This document shows positions 7,401-17,200 of a stretch of 43,256 nt of DNA, one piece after another. The notes under the pieces were generated by a model that had not been told where the DNA came from, searched no databases, and saw nothing but the letters and a program-made list of their open reading frames with translations. The translations under genes were made by a program, and so were the position numbers. The DNA lies in contig CAXHAT010000048.1 in assembly GCA_964014485.1 (NCBI GenBank), forward strand, positions 1 to 43,256, read 5' to 3'. Source of the stretch: an uncultured Deferribacteres bacterium. Its GTDB lineage: Bacteria > Zhuqueibacterota > Zhuqueibacteria > Zhuqueibacterales > Geothermadaptataceae. Position 1 is the stretch's first letter; each line of letters begins with the position of its first letter.

Positions 7401-10400
7401 AATCAATCGAAATAACGCATTCGAGCGGATCCGGGCGATAGATATTGATGGTTTTTTGACATGTCGTCGTTTGGCCGAGCGCATCTGTGAATTCGCAGAA
7501 GATTTCGATGGGGTTGTCGCCAAAGTCGAGCATGAGAGGTATTTGGAGCATCCCGTCGTCGCCAACTTCCACCGGCTGGCCGTTAACTGTGCATGAGTCA
7601 GCGTAAGGCGCAAGCCCCCCGGAAATGCTCACAGAGCCAAAAACTTCAGTCATCGGCGCTGAGACTGTGTCTTCGTCGGCGTGACTGGTGACGGTGATTT
7701 CACAAATTGGTTGAGAAGGATGAAAAATGGAGACTGTTTGAGAGCAAGTGGTCGTTTGCCCAAAGCTGTCTTCAAGTTCGCAAACGACGACAATCTCGGT
7801 TGTTGCATCGTCGAGGAGCGAGATGACCGTGGAAAGAGTGAATGGATCGCCGCCGGACGTTTCAATCGTGTCGCCGTTGACGGTGCAAAAATTGACTTTA
7901 TAAGGCGCAACGCCGCCGACCGGGATAATTTCAGCCTGAACAACGGTTGTATCTGAAAATACGGTGTCCTGAGCAGCGTGCGAAGTAATATTGATATTGC
8001 AGCCGAAATCTTCAGCACGGCAAACGCGCAAAGTTGCGCTGCATGATGTGGTCGTACCAAAATCATCGGTAAAATTGCAGGTCACGATGATTTCGTTCCA
8101 ACCGGTTTGTAACGGCATGTCGAGTTCAAAAGCGCCGTTTGTAAGCGCCAGGGCAATTGTGTCGCCGGTCGTGAGATTAACGGCAAAACACGCGTCTCTG
8201 ACGTTTAAGCCGCCGGAAAAAGTCACCGTCCCGGCAATCGTGATCAGAGAGTCGAGCGTTTTTATGCTGTCTGTCGGGGAAGTGATTGTGAGCGAATCGC
8301 ATTCAATGGGCTTTACTCGCGTGATTGAAACGGAATCTGCACAGACAATTGACTGAACGCCGTTTGATTGATCTTTTAAAGTGTAGCGGCATTCGACAAG
8401 AATTTTGTTCTGTCCGATTTCAAGCGCATACGGGATGGTCAGCGTGTCTTTTGCGGCAAAGTCGCCGGTTATGGGAACGCCGTTGATGGTGCAAACGCGT
8501 TCAAAATTGTCCAACTCGAGACCGTCAAATTGAATAGCGGTCACAACGTCGATCGTTTCGCTGAGAGTAAAAGCTCCGTCCGTCGGGGCCAGGATTTCGA
8601 CTGTACACTCGGGGATATCGATCCTTTTGATTGTTTCGTTCCCAGAGAGATCATAAACGCGAACGCTCACGTAGCCAGACGTGTCGGCGTCGACAAGCCG
8701 GCCTGCAAACGCGACGGTTGTGTCTCCAGGCGTGAAATCCGCGACTTGCAGTGTAGCGTTGAACGTGGAACCCGGCGTTTCAATAATTTCAAATCTCCAA
8801 ATCCCGGAATCTTCGTCAAGCCTGCCGTCACCGTCGAGGTCTTCCGCCGGTTGGAAGACGCCGTCGCCGTTCAAATCTTCCGTCGGGCGGTTATCCCAGA
8901 ACACGCCTAAAACTGCGTCCATGGAATCCGGATTAAAGAAGCATCGGATTTCCGGCGCTTCCGTGTCTTGGTGCTGGTTGATAAAATCCAGCTTTCCGCC
9001 GGCGGGAAGGAAGTATGAGTTGTCATTGCTGTATCCCCAGGCAAATGCGAGGTGGGGCATAGTTGTTTCAGTAAGATAAGTGCTTTGAAGGATCGTGCGG
9101 TTCGTTCCCAAATATTCTGTATCGCCAACTTTGAAAAAAGTTTTGACATCCGCGGACTCGCCTGATTCAAGGTTGGTCAGATTAACGCTTCCCAGATCGT
9201 TCTCATGAACGAACAAAGTGATGCGATTGGTCGGCAAGTTTGCAATTGGAGCTTTGGGCGTTGCGAAACGGAATGTGTTCTGAAATTGCTCTGTTGGCGG
9301 CAAGTTAATCATCGAAGGGTCGCCGCTGTCATCGCCGGAAAGGAGCGGACTTTTTATGAATTGGTTGACAAAAACGGGCTTGTCAGCGGTGAGGTAATGA
9401 AATTCAAGCGAATCGAAATCGTTGGTCCGCATCGTGTCTAACTGGATGAAAGTCATTTCATCGATGGTTCCGAGAGAAGTCTGACCGTCAAGGGTAATCG
9501 TTGTTTGCGGCTGAGACGGTAAAACACGAAAAATAGAGCCGGAGAGCCGTTCTTTGAAATCAGGGAGAAGTATTCGCTTACCCCACGTCTGGACCGGTTG
9601 GGCAAATTCAACGAGGTGATCGCAATCGCCTTCGTCTACAGGCACCTGCGCACAGGCGTTGCCGTTAATCACGCTGATTGGGTAATTGGCTCGAACGATG
9701 GTTCCGGTTAAATCGTTTGGCGGATCGCTTTCAAGACTCATTCCCAGGAAGCTTTCGCCTGCATCAAGTCGAACCTGGAAGGTGTCGCCAGGCGCGACGG
9801 CGATGTTTTCAAGCAGAGCTGACGGGGTGATTTTTACTATCGTGCTGTCGTATGGTGCAGTAACGGCGAAAAGCGCTTTGTCATCCACGCCGGGCTCACG
9901 GCTGGGACGAAAGGTTGAGACAACATAATATTTATTCAGCGCGCTTACAGGCAAAGCCAAAGCGGCGCCCGTGGAAGCGGCGGAGTAATTCACGATAGCG
10001 CAGCTAAAATCTGCATTTGCCGATACGCGCACGCTATTTTGGTCGCCCCCTTGTAGCGCGCTGTTCGGCCAATTGTTGAAATCGCTGACGTCTCGCAAAA
10101 TTTCGTATGCTTCCGCTTCGTTCGGAGAAACGAGAATTCTGTCTCGTACCATGCCGACAGGGTATTCGATCGTAATTTCGGTTTCTTGCTCTACGGTCAA
10201 GTAGAGATGCATCAGGTTGTTTTCGGAGCCTGAGTGGTTCGGCAAGAAAGCAAACACGAATTCCTTCCCATGATGCGTCAGATTTTCGTTTGCTTTTACA
10301 TTGCCGGCAAGGAAAAACAAGACGCCGGTGATAACAAGCAAGCTTCGAAATATCTGTTTTCGGCAAGCGAGAGCGTTAAAGGAAGGGAAAAAAAAGTAAG

Positions 10401-10428
10401 GCGGTAAAAAATTCAATATAGTCCTCAT
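4483..10428 (-). CDS. Large secreted surface protein: signal peptide, IgGFc-binding N-terminal domain, Ca-binding DxDxDG loops, 11 Cys-paired Ig-like repeats, FlgD-Ig/T9SS type-A C-terminal sorting domain
   Basis: IgGFc_binding motifs 'GKEFVFAFLPN', 'CDHLVEFAQPVQTWG', 'GDPSMINLPPTEQF'; 'EDLNGDG..EDLDGDG'; repeats 'C.L.I.SP.DG...INGV.A...G.F...L..G.N.I.....D..G....C'; C-terminus 'LEQNYPNPFNPETTISF...WNATDDYGRRVATGIYLYRL...RKLILAK'. Confidence 0.88.
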   Translation of the reverse strand: MRTILNFLPPYFFFPSFNALACRKQIFRSLLVITGVLFFLAGNVKANENLTHHGKEFVFAFLPNHSGSENNLMHLYLTVEQETEITIEYPVGMVRDRILVSPNEAEAYEILRDVSDFNNWPNSALQGGDQNSVRVSANADFSCAIVNYSAASTGAALALPVSALNKYYVVSTFRPSREPGVDDKALFAVTAPYDSTIVKITPSALLENIAVAPGDTFQVRLDAGESFLGMSLESDPPNDLTGTIVRANYPISVINGNACAQVPVDEGDCDHLVEFAQPVQTWGKRILLPDFKERLSGSIFRVLPSQPQTTITLDGQTSLGTIDEMTFIQLDTMRTNDFDSLEFHYLTADKPVFVNQFIKSPLLSGDDSGDPSMINLPPTEQFQNTFRFATPKAPIANLPTNRITLFVHENDLGSVNLTNLESGESADVKTFFKVGDTEYLGTNRTILQSTYLTETTMPHLAFAWGYSNDNSYFLPAGGKLDFINQHQDTEAPEIRCFFNPDSMDAVLGVFWDNRPTEDLNGDGVFQPAEDLDGDGRLDEDSGIWRFEIIETPGSTFNATLQVADFTPGDTTVAFAGRLVDADTSGYVSVRVYDLSGNETIKRIDIPECTVEILAPTDGAFTLSETIDVVTAIQFDGLELDNFERVCTINGVPITGDFAAKDTLTIPYALEIGQNKILVECRYTLKDQSNGVQSIVCADSVSITRVKPIECDSLTITSPTDSIKTLDSLITIAGTVTFSGGLNVRDACFAVNLTTGDTIALALTNGAFELDMPLQTGWNEIIVTCNFTDDFGTTTSCSATLRVCRAEDFGCNINITSHAAQDTVFSDTTVVQAEIIPVGGVAPYKVNFCTVNGDTIETSGGDPFTLSTVISLLDDATTEIVVVCELEDSFGQTTTCSQTVSIFHPSQPICEITVTSHADEDTVSAPMTEVFGSVSISGGLAPYADSCTVNGQPVEVGDDGMLQIPLMLDFGDNPIEIFCEFTDALGQTTTCQKTINIYRPDPLECVISIDSPKDSLSIFANEISIEASATLTGGVAPYDSLVVINGDTATRAESGVFSQTVSLDFGWNEIIAEGAFTDSKNQQTSCADTIHVFRVDTLNCALVIESPTAGNTITGKTTEVLVRAEVTGGSQPTTGVVQITTPTGTFDAVFDAARGLYVAQVTLQDENNTITATGVFEDASGQSTSCETAVDVYCAPKIDCELTILSPADGQRFDADSAFVEVSAKIIGGVAPFDSTVTINGLVPTRHADGVFRVVIPLQDGLNDVIARGEFEDANQQTALCSTSVQIVKDGIICFITIDQPQDSLITKADSIDVSGSVEISSGITPIDSTLTINDVPIALDSDGRYSERLPLSLGKNSFIVSGLFIDSLGDTAICTDTLTVFRVLEPQCELTIITPEDSLCVLASELVVEVTAALSEGVAPYDSLITINGVTANRGADGVFRAPVALDLGFNKIKVSGTFSDAIGCETVCVDSITVQRIDALSCNLTITSPQDGAGVIEDSVLVTAQVDVFGGKAPYAFTCDINGVPATPGANGVFSAKVKLNSGDNPIQANCTIIDATGDSTSCTQSVTVNRPDDFECAVEIISPLDSMFVCSDTVLVSLISSVDPTAVEPIISQLVLNGDTLAASGDTIQVVVRNLLPEPQSNQIIAECVVTDALGRTSTASDTIVVRSDPTPVLCELDFSQHSDDSATVKGRFWDDESGIFDIEIIQLKNRNLVFEPWEPGDREVRFVSKRTGRQGGTALDLLITNGAGCTVICDPVGVKLSPDDQCEVELEFPEYDVYLRVENNGLHKITMDLNGRTIVLDATKAGDDTPGENYYIPLYGGKLIHWGEYLVEGQNHVDLKCEGPPGSYADLLIVNFPLTGAVYSDLPTSIEADESITSDPALPETFVLEQNYPNPFNPETTISFDVPSGWDEPVRLYIYNTNGQIISRLIDDQTVAAGRRKVIWNATDDYGRRVATGIYLYRLSSGGIALTRKLILAK

Positions 10429-11679
10429 AACTTCCCCTTTCTGCTGTTGTCGCCCGGGCGGTTTCCAATTCGAGCGGATTTTTCCCTGGATATTACCCTG
10501 GGCTAGATTGGAAACGCAGACGTCTTATCTGAGACTTGAATTAAGCCGTTCCTTCCTGGAATGCTTAAAGAAAAAAAGCGCCCCATCGTCAATGAATCAG
10601 GCGTGACTTCATATCAACTTTCGTCCGTAAACGGATTTTTGATATGGTTTGTCAGAATTTTTGGCGGGTTAATTATTAGCGTTTTTGCCAGGACGGGGAG
10701 TTTTTGCGAGCTGCCGTTGCAATCGGCCCAACAGTTACATCAGTAGAAACAGAAACCGGTCTAATCCATCATGCGCAAGCCGTCTTCTGAAATCATTGTC
10801 TGATAATGACAATTATATAATCAAGGCGTCGTAATTAGTCAATAACTAATTTGCATGAATGCGCAACCATCAAGAAGGGCGCCAATGATTATATTTGCCG
10901 TTCTTCGATAAAGGCGTTTTATTGCAAAATCGGGACAGATGCGAAGAAAAAGTATCTACGATAGGTAAAATTCGCCACACATGTAGACTCTATTCCATAT
11001 CGGCTCTAAGAAACCGATTTCGCCATTGCTTAACGATGATTCGTGATTCATTGCAGGCCAGCCAGGTCTGAAAAGACGCGGTATGCATATTGCAATATTG
11101 AAAACTTGTGCAGTAGTAATCGAAACGAGTCTGTGAACTCAACTCGAGGAAGCTCAAAATCAAATGTTCTCCTAAAAAGCGGTTGTAATTTTGACATTGT
11201 GAGATGTAGAAAGTACTTGATTAGAAAATAAATTATAGTTATTGAAGATTCATCTTCATGACAAAAGTTTAACACAGTGCTGATCTCACATAACGACGTT
11301 CGTGTACCGAACATTTGAACTTCAACTTGAGTCCGTCATCTTTTCGGTCACAGATTATGCGCATTTAAAGTTAATCGAATAACCTTCGGATCTATCTTGA
11401 ATGTGTTCAAGTCTGTTTCAAAATAATCGCTGGGGAACGCCTTCTTCTCGCACCGCATCTTTTTTTGCTTTCTTACTCACACCTGCTTGAGAAACAAACG
11501 TTCGACTTTCTTCACAAACGACCAAAATGATATCCGAAATCGGCGTTGGTTCTCACCTGTAACAGTGGTTATGCTTTGGGGCTGTACGATTTTCTCTGGT
11601 TTTATGCTGTGATAGACGACTTATGACGCGTCTGTGTGCATTATTACAAGAGTTATCAAATATTTTCCAGGACGTTTTG

Positions 11680-14223
11680 ATGATATTATTTAAGAAAATA
11701 AGAGCCGCCGCAAACCTGCTTGTTTTCCTATCACTTATACTGTTTTTTGAAGCCTGCACCGGCCCGGTATGGCACCGCGCGGATATTGCGATGCGCAGAG
11801 ACGGGCCCGAAGCTGCTGAACAGGTTTTACAAGCCCGTATTCGAAAAAATCCGAAAGATGCTGAAGCTTATTATCGATTGGCGCAAGTTCGCGCTAAATT
11901 GGCGCAGGATCACGCAGAAGCAAAAAGATGGCGCGAATCCGGGGAAAAGTGGACGCAAGCCGCCGAAGCCTTTACGAAAAGTGAAGAATTGAATAACCGC
12001 CTCCGCAGCATTGTTATCCAAAGGAAAGATTTTTATTGGAAACAAAATATGCGTCTCGGCCTCGCCGAACTCAAAAAGTCTCAGTTTGAGCAGGCGGCGG
12101 AGTTCTTCAACATCGCGACGATCATATCACCGACCGAGGCGCTTGGTTACAGGCTATCTGGAGAAGCGTTCTGGGGGTTGGCCGATTCGCTTGAAAGTCG
12201 AAGACGATTTTTTACCAAGCTAAATGACCCGTCTCGAGCTGCGATTTTGGGTGAGAAAGCGCAGGCGGCTTTGCAAAACTCGAGAATTGCGTTTCAAAAC
12301 GTATTGCAACACGATTACAAAGATCATCGAGCGCGTCGATTCCTGATAAAAATTTATTTTGACACGGGTGCGTTTCATGAAGCGATAAAAGAAGCTGATA
12401 CGATGCTTCGCCTTAAGCCAAACGATAAAGAAGCCATGCGAATCCGCGCCTATTCTTTTGATAAGCTGGATCGTAGAGAAGAAGCGACAAAAGCTTACCG
12501 AGCGCTTGTTGAGAAAGAGCCTCTATCCGAAGATCTCGAATCTTTCGCGGCGTTTAATTATCGTCATGGAGCATACAACAACTCAGTTTTACTTTCCCAA
12601 AAGTCCATCCAGGCCGGCGGGGAGAGGGCGACCAACATGGAAGCCATTGCTCAATCTCGCCTTATGCAGCAAAATTTCCCGCAACTGTTTAGTACAGCGA
12701 ATGCAATTATTGCCGACGACCAATGGAATGTCAACGCTTTGATGTTAAGACAAGCTTCCGAACTTTCATTGGGTCAACTGGACGCAGCGAATAAAACCGC
12801 TTACGAATATATGAAAGCCGTCGCGCAAGCCCGTTTGATGGCGAAAAAATACCCCGCGCTTCTGCAATCCGCAGATGACCTTTTGAAAGCGGACAGCTCA
12901 AACGTACACCATTTACGATTGCGTTACATTGCGCTCGATTCGTTAGGCTATGAAGAAGCATTTAAAGCCAGGCTGCGCTTCCTGTACGCTTACACCGATT
13001 CTTTGCGAGGGGAAAAAGATTTCTTGGGCATGGTCGAAACAACCAATGTTGTTTTGGGGCTTGACAGTACAAATCGAACCGCGGCGAATATGCAGATTAT
13101 GGCATACGATTCATTGGCGTTGCCGCAAAAAGCTGATCAAGCTCAAATCAATTTGTGGCTCGCTATTGCTGGAAAAGCCTTTAGTGAGAAAAGATTTCAA
13201 CAAACACTGACGCGGTTGGACAGCGTTCTTAATCTGGATCAACTAGATCATCGTGCCCTCAAGATGCGCTACGTTTCTTACGATTCACTCAATTTGCCTC
13301 AAAAGGCGCGCGAAGCGGAAGTCATTTATATTAACGCGCTGGCCGGAGAAGACTTCACTAGAAAAGACTATCAGGAGCATCTGCGTATAGCTGACGAATT
13401 GCTCAAGATTAACAATATCAATAGAGACGCCGTCGAATTGAAAATCAATGCGCTGCTGGGCTTAAATAGAAAAGAAGAAGCAATTCAAACAAGAATTCGT
13501 TTTCTGTTTTCATATGCCGCTTCGCTCAAAGCTGTCGAATCTTATTCGGAAGTACTGCAAACGGCAAATCAAATTCTCGAAATAGAAAAACAAAACCTGC
13601 GCGCTTTAAAACTCAGAATGGATGCTTACGATTTGCTGAGTCAGAATACTGCTGCGAGATCAGCGGAAATAGAGTTTCGCCTCGCGTTGTCAGATTCTCT
13701 GAAGAAAGCAAGTGATTACAAGGGCGTGCTTGCTGAAGCCGATAACATCATTGCGATCAACCCGGTTCATTTGCAGGCGCTCGAAATGCGATTCAACGCT
13801 TTAACCGCGCTTGAATTGCCGGAAGAATCGAAAAAAGCGGAATTGAAATACCTCACCCAAGTTTCTGAAAAATATGAGAAGGAACAAAAAAACCGCGAGC
13901 TGATCAAAACGACCACGCGCATTTTGGAGATTGACCGAACAAACAAACAAGCGGCTGACAGAAAGATCGCAGCCCACCAATCTCTTGGCCAATCCAGGCT
14001 GGCGGAAGAAACGAAGTTCGAATACTGGTATGCTATGGCGCAATCGTATTTCGATCTGGAAAATTATGATCAGGTTCACAAATACGTTGATGAGATTCTA
14101 AGCGTGAATCCGGAACACCTTCCGGCTTTGAAAATGAAGCGCGCAGCTTTTCATTCAAGAGGGTTTATTGACGAAGCGTTGGCAATTCTTAAGAAAATTG
14201 AAATGTTGAGTGGGGAGAAATGA
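11680..14223 (+). CDS. Large TPR protein, probable lipoprotein, with nine tandem ~58-aa TPR-variant repeats
   Basis: AGGA RBS then ATG 11680; hydrophobic leader ending 'LFFEAC' (possible lipobox); classical TPRs ('NPKDAEAYYRLAQV', 'KPNDKEAMRIRAYSFDKL'); 58-aa repeats from nt 12643. Confidence 0.85.
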   Translation: MILFKKIRAAANLLVFLSLILFFEACTGPVWHRADIAMRRDGPEAAEQVLQARIRKNPKDAEAYYRLAQVRAKLAQDHAEAKRWRESGEKWTQAAEAFTKSEELNNRLRSIVIQRKDFYWKQNMRLGLAELKKSQFEQAAEFFNIATIISPTEALGYRLSGEAFWGLADSLESRRRFFTKLNDPSRAAILGEKAQAALQNSRIAFQNVLQHDYKDHRARRFLIKIYFDTGAFHEAIKEADTMLRLKPNDKEAMRIRAYSFDKLDRREEATKAYRALVEKEPLSEDLESFAAFNYRHGAYNNSVLLSQKSIQAGGERATNMEAIAQSRLMQQNFPQLFSTANAIIADDQWNVNALMLRQASELSLGQLDAANKTAYEYMKAVAQARLMAKKYPALLQSADDLLKADSSNVHHLRLRYIALDSLGYEEAFKARLRFLYAYTDSLRGEKDFLGMVETTNVVLGLDSTNRTAANMQIMAYDSLALPQKADQAQINLWLAIAGKAFSEKRFQQTLTRLDSVLNLDQLDHRALKMRYVSYDSLNLPQKAREAEVIYINALAGEDFTRKDYQEHLRIADELLKINNINRDAVELKINALLGLNRKEEAIQTRIRFLFSYAASLKAVESYSEVLQTANQILEIEKQNLRALKLRMDAYDLLSQNTAARSAEIEFRLALSDSLKKASDYKGVLAEADNIIAINPVHLQALEMRFNALTALELPEESKKAELKYLTQVSEKYEKEQKNRELIKTTTRILEIDRTNKQAADRKIAAHQSLGQSRLAEETKFEYWYAMAQSYFDLENYDQVHKYVDEILSVNPEHLPALKMKRAAFHSRGFIDEALAILKKIEMLSGEK

Positions 14224-17200
14224 AAACAGAAAGGCAAAAACAAACAATTTTTCAGCAGAGTGCTTTGAAAAACGCCGCCTTCATTCTTGGCTTTCTACTT
14301 CTAATTGTGGCGGGCAAGGCGTATGGGCAGGGTTTGTCTCCGGATCAAACCATTCCAGTGCAGAATTCCGTATTGGCGCTTCCAGACGCTCCGATAGAGT
14401 TGACTTATCCAGAGGAAATTGACGCCGCCTCATTGCAAAACGAATTGTTTACGATTTACGGAGAGCACAACGGTTATTATTCAATCGGCTCGGTTCAGTT
14501 GTTGAATGAACAAAAAACGATTTCTATCACGGCGACCCCGAATTTTTTAGAAGGCGAAAATATCGTTTTCATGATGCGTGACGGCGTTAAAACTGATGGC
14601 GGCCAGAGCGTAACGCCGTTTCGATTGGAATTTCGAGTAAGCAATCGTGCTGGGATTATTCACGACGAGTTTTTTCCTGTTGATGTTGATTTGATTAGTG
14701 GCGAAAGCAGACCTGTACGCCTCACGGCGGGTCGATTTGACGAAGACGAATATATCGATCTTGCAGTGATCAGCCATGCTTCTAACCAAGTAACGGTCTT
14801 GCGGAATGACCGCGGATTGAGTTTCACGGAAATGTGGGCGGGCACTATCGCGAAACCGGCGGAAACGCCAATTAAGAATCTAGGCCCGTCTGATGTTGCC
14901 AGCGGCGATTTCAATGATGACGGTTTGGTCGATATTATCGTTTCTTTTACTGGAAGCGGTCGCGTTTATATTTTGTATAAAACGGGACCGGCGAGCTTTG
15001 AGCCTTACCTCGTCAAGGATGCTGTAGATGGCTTGGGAAATCAACCAAGCGCTATTACTGTTGGGCACTTTGACAACAATGACAGATTGGATTTCGCCGT
15101 AGCCTTTGAGTCTGGAAATCCTACGAAGCTCTTCAAGAATATTGGCAATGACCAAGTTGACGGGAGAGCAAGGTTTCGGTCTTCTAGGAGTGAAGATTTA
15201 CACGCCGCCAATGAAACCAAGCTAGTTGATTTGGTTCACGGTGATTTTGAAGGTGACGGCGACGTTGATTTTGCTGCCATTTTTCAAGGTTCCAGATCGC
15301 TGATTTATTGGATTAACGAGGGCTCTGGAGGTTTCGGTGAAGGTCAACGAATCGCCTTGGAAGCTCTACCCATAAGCGTTCGTTTGCAGAATGTAAAAGG
15401 CGCCTTGGGAAACGACGGCGCTTCCGCTTTTAAAGAAATTGCCGTTTTGACGAGCACAATGCCTTCATTAGCGAAAAGTGCCGCAGTTCAGGTGTTAGAC
15501 TCCGGTCGTCTGGAAGTTTTTGAATTTGAGAAGGGACCAATACTCGGTGAATTCTCGCTCGTTAAGCAAACGCCATTTTCTTTTTTACCAGCGGCGTTTT
15601 CTCCGATCAGCATAGACGGCGATCCGAACCTTGAGTTCGCTGCACGTGATAACAGCATGGATTTTATCGTTGTAGGCAGAATTGAAGAAGAAGACACCTC
15701 CGGAGAAAGACTCGACTACGTCCTTTTTGATGAAAACGCGCCTCGTACTCTGGAATCAGATGCGTTAAACGGAGCAAAAGACGTCATCACCGCTGATTTT
15801 AATCGGGACGGCGTCGACGACATTGTTTACGCAAGCGAACTTCTGCCTAAGCTGCGCTATTTGCGCTCACGCTGTGCGGCCCCCAAACAATTTTTCGTCG
15901 ATTTCGGAGACGTTTTTGTTGGAAACGATTCCATTATTGTAAAACCGATTCAATTGGAAAATTCCATTCCGGTACGTGTCAAAATTGTCTGGAATGACAA
16001 AGAACATTATCGAATAACGCCGGAAGAGTTCGATCTGCCGCCAAATGGCGTACAAAATCTGACGATTCAATTCTCTCCTACAGACACGGTTGCCTACCCG
16101 TTAATAGCCGAGATTCAAACTGACCTGCCCGATGCAGCGGAATGCGCAACTGAGCTTTCGCTCAATGGGCGCGGAATAAGAGTCGTGTTTAACTTAAACT
16201 CCGAGGCGTGCCAATTCCCGGTCACGCCGCCCAATTCAGTCTCAAATTGCCCGATTTTAGTAACGAATGACGGTAACGCAGATTTGATCTTGAACGGCTT
16301 TAGGTTATTGAGCGGTTTAAGTGAGTTTAAATTGCCCGACCTCAGCGGAGATTTTATTGTACCTGCAAATTCAAGCCGTGAGATTATTGCCGTTTTCTGT
16401 CCGGACGAAATTGGCGTGTTTGAGGACACTCTCGTCATCAATAGTAACGACCCGGACGCTCCGCAACGACGGGTCATACTTCGCGGTGAAAGCACCACAA
16501 ATTTTCCTGTATTTTGCGATACGACAAGCGTTACAGCGACAGAAGATGAAGAGTTCTGCCTTTTGATAAAGCAAGGCGCATGCTCGACAAGTGTAGGCGA
16601 CGAAGCAGTTTGTCAAATCCGTGTTTTTGAAGACCCGGATAACGAAGCTCTCAAATTCAGATTTGTGGACGTTCCTTCCTGGATCACGGAAATTGATACG
16701 ATCAACTATACAGCTAAAGGAACGCCGGGTGAAGGCGACCTCGATACAACAATTAAAGTGGTGGCTTATAAACAGTTCGTCGAAGTCACTCGGGAAATCG
16801 CTATCAAAGTCGAGCCTGTGAATGACCCGCCAGTTATTGAGAATTTGCCCGAGACTGTCACCATAGACGAAAATGATTTTCTCGAATTCACGGTGATTGC
16901 GTCCGACCCTGAAGATTCTTTGCTGACCATTTTTGCAGAGTTTCCTTCAGACATTTGCGGGGAATCTGATTTTGTTCAAGATTCGGAAACTACCGGGATT
17001 TTTAGCTGGATCCCAGGATTTGGCTGTGCGCATACTCACGTGATCCAGTTTTTCGCCCGCGAGAAACATAAGCACGATCAACCGCCGCCGTTGACAAGCG
17101 CGCCAGGAGTTCTCACAATCGAAGTGGGCAGATTGATTCCTGACTTGGTCGCAGAAAATTTGAGTTTGTCGTTTATGGGAAAATCGGTGGCTCCAAATGA

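Noticed and set aside
5410..8610. Diversity-generating retroelement or DNA-level tandem repeat in the Ig array
   Set aside because: Repeats are evident only at the protein level; I saw no near-identical TR/VR pair and there is no reverse transcriptase in the window.
4912..9928. Numerous 70-240-aa antisense/alternate-frame ORFs here and elsewhere (e.g. 5918-6535, 20198-20920, 28431-29102)
   Set aside because: They lie entirely within well-supported genes, lack motifs, and are the expected shadow ORFs of codon bias.
10461..10515. CRISPR repeat (GTTTCCAAT...ATTGGAAAC resembles repeat termini)
   Set aside because: Single inverted pair, no direct-repeat/spacer periodicity and no cas genes in the window.
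10905..10930. Sigma-54 promoter (AAGGCGTTTTATTGC)
   Set aside because: GG-to-GC spacing is 9 nt rather than the required 10.
10561..11314. Short ORFs 10561-10746, 11043-11231 and 11048-11314 in the divergent spacer
   Set aside because: No convincing RBS, no motifs and atypical composition; treated as non-coding.
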